Positions 20,099-29,389 of a DNA stretch of 59,994 nucleotides are shown here, piece after piece (the first letter of the stretch is position 1; each line of letters starts with the position of its first letter). The notes under the pieces were generated by a model. It was given only the letters and a program-made list of their open reading frames with translations, made no database searches and was not told the DNA's origin. Where the stretch lies: positions 78,387 through 138,380 of IMG/VR virus record IMGVR_UViG_3300009514_000004. One strand, written 5' to 3'. The DNA comes from a virus. A program made the position numbers and the translations under genes.

Positions 20099-21795
20099 TG
20101 GCGAAGAAAGGACAATCAGGACGAGTCGTACGGAAGATCCCCAAGCGCCGCCGTGTACAGACGGGGAAGCCACGCAAAATCATCGCGGGGTCGATGCGGG
20201 TAGCCTACGGCGCCGGGTTCGGCGGTGCGGGAAGTAGTGGAGTCCTGATGGGAGCGGGCGGCAACGTCTACTCCCCCGAGCTGTCGACAGATTTCCTCGA
20301 GCTTCCGCAGTCCATAGACGAGCTGCGCAACTACTTCCGGTTCTTCTACCGGCGCGATCCGTTCGTGGGCCAGGCTGTCGACCTTCACGTCACCCTGCCG
20401 CTGTCCAAGACCACGATCAGCCGACCGGAAGCCAAGAGCCAAGAGCTGGCCGAAGAAGCCACCAAAGCCATGGTTGTGTGGGCCGATGAGATCGGGCTGC
20501 TCCACCGGCTCATGGAGATCGTCCACGACTACACCCTGATGGGTGAGGTCCATGTCTTCTGCGAGGACACCTCCCCGGACATCCCCGAGCACCTTCTGTG
20601 GGAGACGGTGCGCATCGTCGACGACGAGGGTGCCCACGAGGAGAAGATTCGTCGCAAGGACACCGAGGCTGAGGTCGCCGAGTGGGTCAAGGCCAACTAC
20701 AAGGGCTGGACAGCCATCCGGGTCTTGCCCCCCGAGCAGGTTCACATCGAGACCTTCCCGTTCACCGATGAAAAGCTCATGGAGCTGGTCCCCGACAGCA
20801 AAACCCGGGGCGTCGTGGCCCAGGCCCAACAGGGTGACCCGCGGGCGCAACGCGTCGTCGACTCGATGCCCAAGGAGATCGTCGAGCGCATCATCGCCGG
20901 CGAGAACATCCCCCTGAACACCGACCCTGACGCCGGCAGTTTCGTTCACACGATGAGCCGCCAGAAGTCCCAGTACGAGGCGCGAGGACACTCGGTGCTC
21001 GAGCGGTGTCTGCCGACCCTGGTCTACCGTGACAAGCTCCGGCAGGCTCAGACGTCCATCGCCAGCCGGCACATGACCCCGTACCGCATCGTGTACGCCG
21101 AGGACATGTCCGCGGAACAGACCGAGGACCTCAGAGATCAGGTCGACCTGGCGCTCCAGGACCCCGATTTCTCGATCGTCACCAACTTCCCGGTCGAGTG
21201 GGACGAGCGCGGCGCCGACGGGCGGCTGCTGGACCTGTCGTCCGAGTACGACCTGACCGACCGCCAGCTGTACGCCGGCCTCGGCGTCACCGAGGGCCTC
21301 CTGACGGGCGAGTCGACCTACTCCGGCGACCGCATCAGCCTCGACGTCATCAACACCCGGTTCATGCTCCTCCGCGAGCTTCTTCAGGACATGGTCGAGA
21401 AGTATTTCTTCAAGCCCATGTGCCGGAGGATGGGCTTCATCGAGGTCGATGACGACGGTCGAGAGAGGGTGATCTACCCACGACTGTCGTTCACCCGCCT
21501 GCCCCTGCGCGACAACCAGGACACGTTCGACATCCTGTTCAACCTCTACCAGAAAGGGTCGCTGGACATCGACGTCATCCTCGAGATGCTCAACATCGAC
21601 CCGATCCGGACGCGCGAGAAGCTCAAGCGCGACGCGATCACGCTGTCGGACGCCACTTTCAACGAGATCCTCCGCAGCGCCTACAGCCAGGCTGGCTCTG
21701 ACCTGGCGCAATACTCCGATCTAGTCAAGAAGGCCGCCGAAGAGCTGGACCTCAAGTACGAGAAGCCCGAGGAAGAGGGTGGGGGTCGGTGGTAG
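20095..21795 (+). CDS. portal protein
   Basis: 566 aa after terL; RFFY..DPFVGQAVDLH..LPLS, G.SVLERCL..LVYRDKLRQAQ and LGV...LL.GE.TY patterns of large-phage portals. Confidence 0.8.
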   Translation: MMAKKGQSGRVVRKIPKRRRVQTGKPRKIIAGSMRVAYGAGFGGAGSSGVLMGAGGNVYSPELSTDFLELPQSIDELRNYFRFFYRRDPFVGQAVDLHVTLPLSKTTISRPEAKSQELAEEATKAMVVWADEIGLLHRLMEIVHDYTLMGEVHVFCEDTSPDIPEHLLWETVRIVDDEGAHEEKIRRKDTEAEVAEWVKANYKGWTAIRVLPPEQVHIETFPFTDEKLMELVPDSKTRGVVAQAQQGDPRAQRVVDSMPKEIVERIIAGENIPLNTDPDAGSFVHTMSRQKSQYEARGHSVLERCLPTLVYRDKLRQAQTSIASRHMTPYRIVYAEDMSAEQTEDLRDQVDLALQDPDFSIVTNFPVEWDERGADGRLLDLSSEYDLTDRQLYAGLGVTEGLLTGESTYSGDRISLDVINTRFMLLRELLQDMVEKYFFKPMCRRMGFIEVDDDGRERVIYPRLSFTRLPLRDNQDTFDILFNLYQKGSLDIDVILEMLNIDPIRTREKLKRDAITLSDATFNEILRSAYSQAGSDLAQYSDLVKKAAEELDLKYEKPEEEGGGRW

Positions 21796-21821
21796 TCCTT
21801 CTATGAGCCACCCTGGGTGAG
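21791..21821 (+). promoter_or_regulatory. putative late promoter
   Basis: GGT-agtcctt-CTAT-N13-TGAG. Confidence 0.55.
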
Positions 21822-21844
21822 GCCCGACCCTCTCGAGGAAGTCT

Positions 21845-24800
21845 GTGCCAGATGGAACACTCCAGCGTGTAGCTCGGAACCTGGTGGCGCGTCACCAGAT
21901 GAGGGTCGTGGTGCGCCGTCTCGCCAAGACGGCCGGCTGGTGGGCGGTCAACCCCGACAAGGGCACGGGCCAGATCGACTGGGGCAACTCCGGTGAGCCG
22001 GGCGGCCTGGCCAATGAGATCCCCGGCGAGGGGAGCGACGACGGCAAGAGGTACAACGGCGACGGCCCGGCCGACATGATGGGCGCGGTCCTCGACGACA
22101 TCGACCTGGCTTACCGCCAGGCGTGGGGTCGGCCGGCGTACCCGGAAGAGATCGATGCGGTGTTCGAGTTTGTGTTCCGCGGCGCGCGCAAGGATTACGC
22201 GGACCCGCCGCCCCCCGACACCGACGAGTACGTGTCATGGCCGCTCAATCGATGGGTCGAGGAGACTGCTGAGTTCGCCGGGGTCACGACCGAGCGTCTG
22301 ATGAAGCTCCCCTGGGAAACCCTCCAGAAGCTCCGACAATGGGACATCGACCGCCGCAACGAGGGAGGGTCCAGCTCGTCCGACTCGGAGAAGGTCAAGA
22401 AGGAGAGGGAGGAGAAGAACCGCAAGAAGTGGGAGAAGCGCATCAAGTCGGTCATCGAGGTCAAGGTGAAAGCGGCCGGCAAGACCGCCGCCCTCGTGGG
22501 GACGGACGTCGCCGAGATCTACGCCATCTCACCTGAGCAACTCAGCACCCTCATCGAAGGGGGTCGGTGGGCTGAGGAGTGGCCCGAGGACCCGTTTGCC
22601 GCCGACAAACTCATCCGGCAGCACGGCGGCGCAGTGTTCCATACGGGGGCTGATGGGAAGTTCGATGTGAAGATCCCCGACCGAGAAGGGTCCCTCCCCA
22701 TCGTCGCTGAGTTCGGGTACATGGAACCCTACGGGACCAAAGGCTACGACGAGGCCATCAAGAAGGTGGCCAAGTTCGAGTGGCAAACAGGCGACGGATC
22801 CGAGACCTGGATTGGGTTCCGCATCCCCGCGCCCCTGTGCAATGAGTTCCCCGACCTCGGTCCCGAGGACAAGAGCCCTCCTCACATCACCTTCCTGTAC
22901 GCGGGCAAGGTGGACCCGGCGCGCACCGAGGAATTCCTGGCGACGATTCGTGACTCGTTCCGTTGGGTTCCGACGGTGCGCGCCAACTTCCTGGGTCTCG
23001 ACTACTTTACCCATGCGGACAAGAACCGGCGGGTCGCGATCAACCAGGTTCGGTTCGACCGTGACTTGTCAGACATCCGCTGGCGACTGCGAGAGGCCCT
23101 CAACGACCGCGGTTTCGACGTAGAGGACAGTTACCCGCTCCTTTACAAGCCCCACGCGACCCTCGAGTACATCGACGGCCTCGACACGCCCTACAAGGGT
23201 CACGTGCCGCGTGGGGATGTCATCCTGACCGAGGTCGAGGTCTGGGGGATGCCCAAGGTCCACCGGGTCGCGTTCGGCGGGGAGCGCAGGGACCTGTCCC
23301 CAAAGAGGGTGGCGTCCCTGTACCAGAAGCGGGCGTCACAGGACGACCTGTTCGACCCCCGGTTCAACCTTCGGGAGTGCTGCAAGCACCTCATCCTCCT
23401 CGAGGACCACCTGGCGCACCCGCACAAGCGGTGCAACGACTGCATCAACAAGCACCTGCTGGCGGTGGAAGCCTTCGCCGAAGAGGGCGTGGCGCTCCAA
23501 CCAGGCGGTCCCCTGTCGCAGCTTCTGGGACAGGTCGCCTCGACGGCAAGGGCGGCTCAGGGGTCTTGGTTGGCCAACCAAGACTCCGAAGGTCTCGGCG
23601 CCGTTCTGCGCAAGCTCCGCAAGTTCCTGGTGCCGCTGACCTGGGCTACCAAGATGGCCCGGATGGCCAAGACCTTCACGGTCAACGTCGGCGACCCGGT
23701 GCTGACGGGCAAATTCCAGAACAGCCCGGGCATCGTCCGCGGGTTCGACAAGGACGACAAGGGCAACCCGCTCGTGATCGTTCAGAAGGGCAAGGAGGGC
23801 GACGGGTCCAAGAAGACCTACAAGCTCTTCAAGATCAGGTACGACCTCGCCCGTGCCGAGCAGATGAAAAAGAAGGCCTTCGATGGCACCCGGTACGAGG
23901 TCGGTGAAGAGGTGGCTTTGGGTTCGTACCGGGATAGCGACCGGCCGGACGTTGCCATCTACTACTCCGGGGTCATCCTGGGTCCTCCCGATCACCTGCG
24001 GGAGACCCGAGACAGCGACCTCCAGGTCGAAGTCCATTACTCCGACGGTACCAAAGTCGAGAAGGTCGACCCGGACACTGTCATGTCTCGGGAGGAGTGG
24101 CTCGAAGCGCATCTTGGGCAGCCCTTCCCTAAGGGTCGGGTTGAGGTGCCCTCCAAGACAGCCGACCTGATGCCCCCTCTGGGGTATCCGGGCGGTCCCT
24201 GCCACGTCGTCCAGCGCATCGACGACCAGGTCCGCAACCCGAGGGTCAAAGACAACCTGACTGACCAAGTCCAGGACGGCAAGAGCCTGTCGAACCCGTC
24301 GGCGGCCAAGGTCTACCGACTCGAGAAGGAGAGGGGGCCGGGCGGCCCCATCAAGCAGATCCTCATCGGCCCGCACGCGCAGTACCGGATGGACCTGCGC
24401 GGCGTGACGGTGACCGAGGTCCGCCTGGCGCTCAAGCGGTTCACCAAGCAGCTCAACGACTGGAAGTCGCGCAAGGATTTCCAGTACGAGCACTTCATCA
24501 CCCGGTTCCAGCGAGGCGAGAGCTACGAGTACACCGACCCGGGCCTCAAGCTCACAGTCGTTTTCGCCGGCCACGGTCGCGACACCGCCAAGATCGTCAC
24601 GACCTACTGGAAGGGTCAGCCCGACCCGCCCCCTCCTGGAGCGTGCCTCCTCCCTTCCCCCTCTCGGGTCGCGGCCAGGTACAAGAACAAGAAGGAGGTG
24701 CCCAAGGCCGACGGGAAGGGCACGACTACGGTGTACGAGTACGGCCCCCGCCAGGTGGCGAACCGGAACAAGGAGAAGGCCCAGAGGGTCGAGAAGCTCC

Positions 24801-27800
24801 GCAAGAACATCGGCAAGCTCCGGTCGCAGGTGCGGCAGGACCTGATGGACTCCGACGAGGCCAAGCGCCTCACAGCCCTGGCGGTCGCTCTCATCGACAA
24901 CACTTTCGAGCGGGTGGGCAACCCTGAGTCGGCCAAGCAGGGCCACTTCGGGGTCACCGGATGGCTCGTCAAGCACGTCACGATCGGCAAGAGCAAGGCG
25001 ACGCTGAAGTACGTCGGCAAGTCCGGGGTCAAGCAGGAGAAGACGATCGACGACGCAGGGGTCGTCCTGGCCCTCAGAGAGGCGATCGCCGACAAGGGCA
25101 AGGGCGACAAGATCTGCTCGGGAACCGACTGCGAGATCGGTGCCTCAGACGTCAACGCCTACCTCAAGCCTTTCGGGGTGACGGCCAAGGATCTGCGCGG
25201 GTTCCACGCCAACACCGAGATGCAGAGGTTCCTCAAGGAGGAGCGCAAGGGCTCCCTGCCCGACGACAAAAAGAAGCGCGAAGATCAGCTCAAGAAGGAG
25301 TTCGACGCCGCTCTCGAGAAGTCGGCCAAGGCGGTCGGGCACGAGGCCTCGACGCTGCGCTCCCAGTACCTGGTCCCCGGACTCGAGGAGGCGTTCCTCA
25401 AGGACGGCACAGTCGACGACTCCCTGGTCAAGAAGGCGGGGGAGGACTGGTGGTACCGCCCGTACAGCATATATTCCCCGCCGGGGGTCTACGCGGGGAC
25501 CAAGAGCGACGGCGACAAGGAAGACGACAACGCCCGCAAGCTCATCAAAAAAGAGCCCAAGAAGAAGCCCCCGCGCCGGGACCTGCGCAAGCGTCGTCTG
25601 GACGACACCGACCCCGACATCGAGCCCCAAGGCGCCGAGAACGACCCCGACCTGAGCCTCAACTGGAAGAAGGTCTCGGCGATCCACCGCATGGCCGACT
25701 TTTGGCTGCGGCGCCGTCAGGTCCTGGCTGGTCTGGTGGCTCCCGACAAAAAGCCCAAGGCCGACGGGGACTATTGGTCGCCAGGAGACGGGAAATACTC
25801 CGGCATGGCCAATGGTGTGGTGCAGACCTTCGACAACCCCGAGTCGGCCAAGGATTACGCCTCGGGCAAGAAGAAGGAAGAGGACGACAAGGAGCCCAAG
25901 ACCGAGAAGGAGGAGAAGGAGAAGGAGAAGGCTGAGAGGGAGGAGGCGAAGAAACAGGAGCAGCTGGAGAAGAAACGCAAAGAGCGGCGAGAGCGCGCGA
26001 TCAGCGAGATGAACGACAAGGTCTCGCAGGCGTTCGAGCAGATGGGTATCGAAGGGATGTCCTCGGCGGTTCAGAAGGACCTCAAGCAAGCTCTCGAGCA
26101 GATCCCTGACGGCGAGGGCAAGGCCGCCTGGGCGTTCGAGGAGCATGTCTCCAAGCTGATCGAGAGCGATATCGCGGATGCCGGGTTTACCAACGAGGCC
26201 ATCGAACGCGCCTCCAAGGCACTGTCCCGGACCAAGTACGACGGCAAGGATCCCGAGAAGCTCGGGCGGCAGTACGCGGAGCTTGTTTTCGCGCAGATTG
26301 TCTCCAACCCCTCTTTGTTGGCCGCCAAACCCGTGTCCTCGACGCCGAAGACACCCGAGGCATTACAAGAGCGAGCTGAACAAGCCCACGACCAGTACAT
26401 GCGGATGCCGTCAGAGCTGCGGGCAGAGGCAGCTAAGCAGCTCGTCGCGCAGATGAAGAACCTCAAAGAGGACTCGCCGGAGTATCAGGAGCTGGCAGCG
26501 ATCGGCGATGGCTTGCATTTGGCGGCGGTCCAGAACGACGAACGTCTGGAGGTCGGAGGCAAGGAACTCCGGAGCCGACCGACCCCACGCCTGCGGGCCC
26601 TGCTCAAGCAGTTGGGGCCCGAAGCCGGCAAGCACACCGAACTCCTGCATCTCGACCACCTGACCTCCCCCAAGGGCCGCAAGCAGGTCCGGCAGCATAT
26701 GGACAAGCTCGAGCCCGAGGAAGTGGTCGACTTCGTCGGAGGCACCGAGGGCCCGTTCGGTCAGCTTGCGGGGCTGGTCAACGACCCCGAGCTGAGCACC
26801 GAGCACCGGGAGCTGGCCCTGAAAATGCTCAAGGGCCTGGCGGTCGACGAGATGACCGTGGCCGGCGGGTTCCTCCAGCGGGCCGCCAAAGGCAACCGCG
26901 ACCGCGGCGCCGAGAAGGCTGACATCCGTGAGCAGGTCGAGAAGGGCAAGGGCAAGGGCCGCAAGCTCTTCGATGAGGATGAGGAAGCCGAGACCGAAGA
27001 GGCCAAGGCCGAGAAGGAGTACCGCGAGTGGGAGTCCCGGGAGGAGAAAAAGAAGGCCAAGCGGTCGGAGCTGCTCCAGAAGTACGACGCCTCGAAGGCC
27101 AAGTACATGGAGGCCCGCAGGGCTAAAGACAGGTTCATCCAGGAACGGATGAAGGCCCGGGACCAAGGCAAGGACGACTGGAGCGAGCACGAAGAGGAGT
27201 ACGAGAAGCTCACCCAGGCTGTTGAAGACCTCCAGAACGAGGTCGACGGCTGGAAAGCGGAGATGGAGGCGGTCCAGGCGGAGCCCGCCCCCGAAGGTGC
27301 CAAGGCCCCGCCCAGCTCTTCGGCGAAAAAGGCCGATGAGGTCTTCGACCGTGTAGATCAGATCTTGTCGGAGTCCAAAGGGCTCAGCGTCGACGAGCTT
27401 CGATCACGGTTCCAGTCGGAGATGTCGGTCGAGGACGAGCTGGAGAAGATTCTCGCGGAAGACAAGACGTACAAGCCGCAAACACCTCCTCCCTGGGCCA
27501 ACCCCATCGGCAAGCTCGACGAATGCCTCCGGGAGGGTGGCACGTACGACACGTGCATCCAGAAGGTCCGGAAGCTGCGGCAGCAGTTCGAGGCCTGGAA
27601 GGACGAGAAGACCAGCGAACGTATCCTTGCCGAAGTCAAAGACAGCCCCGAGATGAAGAAGGCCACCGAGGAGATGTTGGAGGCCATGAGGGGCGACACC
27701 CTTTCAGTCGATGCCCGCGCCGAGGTCGAGAGAAAGTACCGGGCGGCGTATGCTCGATCTGTCCAGGGTGCCGCCCACCGGGAGTTCGGTGAGCTTTCGC

Positions 27801-28825
27801 CCGGGAATCCGGCGGCCGCTCAGATGAGTCAGGTTGCTGAGACGGGCAAGGTCGAGGAGTTCGACAACCGCTGGGAGTCGGCACCCAAGAAGGAGTCGTC
27901 CTGGAGTCCTCGAGGCGGATTTTTTCAATCACGTTTCTATACGGCCGGACATATATGCGGAGGGCGTAGCCACGCCCGTGTAAGTCCGTCGTGGAATAAC
28001 AACCTCCCAAGGAGAAACCGGACGATGGCTAACGATAACAAGCAGGCGCAGTTCAAGCTCACGGCGGCAGTGGCGATGAAGATCGGCGCGGACTTCGACA
28101 AGGTGGCCAACTTGGTCACCCACATGCACGAGGTCCTCGGCATTCCCGAGAAGATCGCGATGGATTACGCCCGTCGGACCGACTACCTCTCGAGCCTCAT
28201 CGAGCGCAACGCCGGGCTCGACCCGCGCAACAAACAGGCGCTGACCGAGGACCCGAACCTCAAGGTCGACTACCCGGTCAAGCCGGGCTTCGACCCCGAG
28301 GAGATCGGCGAGGAGGTCTCCGGGACCCTCGAAGGCGACGCCGACGAGAAGTCCTACATGGGCGACAACTTCTCCCAGCAGGAGAACCGCGAGCTGCGTG
28401 AGCGGCAGGAGGGCGGCGACCTGGCCAAGCTCCAGGTGATCGACGACGAGCAGTCTTCGACCCCCGGTCGACAGGCCACGCTCGACGAGACGCTGTCGAA
28501 GTTCAAGGGCACCCAGCTCCGGACTTTCATCAGCCAGCTCGAGTCCGACTACCAGGCCGCCTCGGGCAAGCTCGGTGGGACGCGGCGAGGTGATCTTCGT
28601 TCGATCGCCGGTGGGCTGGCGTACATCGCCCACAACCTCGGGAAGGCCGCGTCGGCCCTCGAGGATGACGACACGATCGTCGGCAACTACACCCGGCAGG
28701 GTATCCAGCGTGTCGCCGCGGCGGCCAACGAGGTCCTCCCGCATGTCCAGGGCGACATCGCCGAGACGGACATCCCGAAGCTGGCCCAGCTGGTCGACGC
28801 CGTCGCCGACATCCTCGCGGCCTGA
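21845..28825 (+). CDS. giant multidomain head protein (putative polyprotein): 2H phosphoesterase, Cys/His domain, SH3/KOW-like, RNase-like, topoisomerase IB and helical domains
   Basis: HITF/HATL 2H motifs (22883, 23152); RVGN, GKSG, KDLR, VGH, SQY topoisomerase IB residues (about 24700-25430); lies between portal and protease. Confidence 0.75.
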   Translation: MPDGTLQRVARNLVARHQMRVVVRRLAKTAGWWAVNPDKGTGQIDWGNSGEPGGLANEIPGEGSDDGKRYNGDGPADMMGAVLDDIDLAYRQAWGRPAYPEEIDAVFEFVFRGARKDYADPPPPDTDEYVSWPLNRWVEETAEFAGVTTERLMKLPWETLQKLRQWDIDRRNEGGSSSSDSEKVKKEREEKNRKKWEKRIKSVIEVKVKAAGKTAALVGTDVAEIYAISPEQLSTLIEGGRWAEEWPEDPFAADKLIRQHGGAVFHTGADGKFDVKIPDREGSLPIVAEFGYMEPYGTKGYDEAIKKVAKFEWQTGDGSETWIGFRIPAPLCNEFPDLGPEDKSPPHITFLYAGKVDPARTEEFLATIRDSFRWVPTVRANFLGLDYFTHADKNRRVAINQVRFDRDLSDIRWRLREALNDRGFDVEDSYPLLYKPHATLEYIDGLDTPYKGHVPRGDVILTEVEVWGMPKVHRVAFGGERRDLSPKRVASLYQKRASQDDLFDPRFNLRECCKHLILLEDHLAHPHKRCNDCINKHLLAVEAFAEEGVALQPGGPLSQLLGQVASTARAAQGSWLANQDSEGLGAVLRKLRKFLVPLTWATKMARMAKTFTVNVGDPVLTGKFQNSPGIVRGFDKDDKGNPLVIVQKGKEGDGSKKTYKLFKIRYDLARAEQMKKKAFDGTRYEVGEEVALGSYRDSDRPDVAIYYSGVILGPPDHLRETRDSDLQVEVHYSDGTKVEKVDPDTVMSREEWLEAHLGQPFPKGRVEVPSKTADLMPPLGYPGGPCHVVQRIDDQVRNPRVKDNLTDQVQDGKSLSNPSAAKVYRLEKERGPGGPIKQILIGPHAQYRMDLRGVTVTEVRLALKRFTKQLNDWKSRKDFQYEHFITRFQRGESYEYTDPGLKLTVVFAGHGRDTAKIVTTYWKGQPDPPPPGACLLPSPSRVAARYKNKKEVPKADGKGTTTVYEYGPRQVANRNKEKAQRVEKLRKNIGKLRSQVRQDLMDSDEAKRLTALAVALIDNTFERVGNPESAKQGHFGVTGWLVKHVTIGKSKATLKYVGKSGVKQEKTIDDAGVVLALREAIADKGKGDKICSGTDCEIGASDVNAYLKPFGVTAKDLRGFHANTEMQRFLKEERKGSLPDDKKKREDQLKKEFDAALEKSAKAVGHEASTLRSQYLVPGLEEAFLKDGTVDDSLVKKAGEDWWYRPYSIYSPPGVYAGTKSDGDKEDDNARKLIKKEPKKKPPRRDLRKRRLDDTDPDIEPQGAENDPDLSLNWKKVSAIHRMADFWLRRRQVLAGLVAPDKKPKADGDYWSPGDGKYSGMANGVVQTFDNPESAKDYASGKKKEEDDKEPKTEKEEKEKEKAEREEAKKQEQLEKKRKERRERAISEMNDKVSQAFEQMGIEGMSSAVQKDLKQALEQIPDGEGKAAWAFEEHVSKLIESDIADAGFTNEAIERASKALSRTKYDGKDPEKLGRQYAELVFAQIVSNPSLLAAKPVSSTPKTPEALQERAEQAHDQYMRMPSELRAEAAKQLVAQMKNLKEDSPEYQELAAIGDGLHLAAVQNDERLEVGGKELRSRPTPRLRALLKQLGPEAGKHTELLHLDHLTSPKGRKQVRQHMDKLEPEEVVDFVGGTEGPFGQLAGLVNDPELSTEHRELALKMLKGLAVDEMTVAGGFLQRAAKGNRDRGAEKADIREQVEKGKGKGRKLFDEDEEAETEEAKAEKEYREWESREEKKKAKRSELLQKYDASKAKYMEARRAKDRFIQERMKARDQGKDDWSEHEEEYEKLTQAVEDLQNEVDGWKAEMEAVQAEPAPEGAKAPPSSSAKKADEVFDRVDQILSESKGLSVDELRSRFQSEMSVEDELEKILAEDKTYKPQTPPPWANPIGKLDECLREGGTYDTCIQKVRKLRQQFEAWKDEKTSERILAEVKDSPEMKKATEEMLEAMRGDTLSVDARAEVERKYRAAYARSVQGAAHREFGELSPGNPAAAQMSQVAETGKVEEFDNRWESAPKKESSWSPRGGFFQSRFYTAGHICGGRSHARVSPSWNNNLPRRNRTMANDNKQAQFKLTAAVAMKIGADFDKVANLVTHMHEVLGIPEKIAMDYARRTDYLSSLIERNAGLDPRNKQALTEDPNLKVDYPVKPGFDPEEIGEEVSGTLEGDADEKSYMGDNFSQQENRELRERQEGGDLAKLQVIDDEQSSTPGRQATLDETLSKFKGTQLRTFISQLESDYQAASGKLGGTRRGDLRSIAGGLAYIAHNLGKAASALEDDDTIVGNYTRQGIQRVAAAANEVLPHVQGDIAETDIPKLAQLVDAVADILAA
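27927..27957 (+). promoter_or_regulatory. putative late promoter internal to the giant ORF
   Basis: AAT-cacgttt-CTAT-N13-TATG followed by AAGGAG and ATG at 28025. Confidence 0.55.
28025..28825 (+). CDS. probable separately translated head protein nested in frame at the end of the giant ORF
   Basis: Own promoter motif, AAGGAG RBS at 28009-28014, codon bias resumes at MANDNKQA. Confidence 0.55.
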   Translation: MANDNKQAQFKLTAAVAMKIGADFDKVANLVTHMHEVLGIPEKIAMDYARRTDYLSSLIERNAGLDPRNKQALTEDPNLKVDYPVKPGFDPEEIGEEVSGTLEGDADEKSYMGDNFSQQENRELRERQEGGDLAKLQVIDDEQSSTPGRQATLDETLSKFKGTQLRTFISQLESDYQAASGKLGGTRRGDLRSIAGGLAYIAHNLGKAASALEDDDTIVGNYTRQGIQRVAAAANEVLPHVQGDIAETDIPKLAQLVDAVADILAA

Positions 28826-28840
28826 TCTCCGGAGACCCTC

Positions 28841-29386
28841 TTGTCGTATCCCAACTACCAGGAACGGGCGGCTGAGTTCTCCGTAGGAGACCGGGTGTTC
28901 CCGTTCTACACCGATGCCTACCACGCCGGGACGGTTGTCGCGGTGTGGCCGGCCATCGGGATGGTAGATGTGTCTTTCCCTCACGGGACGGCACGCATGG
29001 GGGTCGAAGAGCTTCAACGTGGTGAGCGGGGGGATGAGGCGGTTCCGCCCTCCCCCGAGAACGAGACGGTCCCGGGTGGTGTAGGCATGGTCCCCGTCTC
29101 CGCGGGACCCAACGCGACGCGGGTGGCACGAACCTTCGTTCAGCAGTCCCTCCAAAAGAACGCGCTCTACTGGGCCGCGGTCGACCGGAAGTACCGAGCC
29201 TCCCGCAGCGAGCTGGACTCCGGCAAGTACGGATGCCCCAAGTGCAAAGCGGCGGCCCTACGTCGTGCCGTGTACAAGCGCCGCGACGGGTCCAGCGAGA
29301 AGCTCTACGGCTGCCCTTCGTGTCTGTTCCTGGTCAAGCGGTGCGACATCATCGGTGACTCCCATCACGCGCCGGCGGGGGTCTGA
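28841..29386 (+). CDS. SH3-like plus Zn-ribbon head protein
   Basis: FSVGDRV..GTVVAVWP, ATRVARTF tag, CPKC...CPSC. Confidence 0.65.
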   Translation: MSYPNYQERAAEFSVGDRVFPFYTDAYHAGTVVAVWPAIGMVDVSFPHGTARMGVEELQRGERGDEAVPPSPENETVPGGVGMVPVSAGPNATRVARTFVQQSLQKNALYWAAVDRKYRASRSELDSGKYGCPKCKAAALRRAVYKRRDGSSEKLYGCPSCLFLVKRCDIIGDSHHAPAGV

Positions 29387-29389
29387 GTC

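Noticed and set aside
17541-21711. Long minus-strand ORFs (also 14565, 23336, 31400, 44773, 59225 and others)
   Set aside because: Antisense shadows of GC3-biased plus-strand genes; no RBS and no protein motifs
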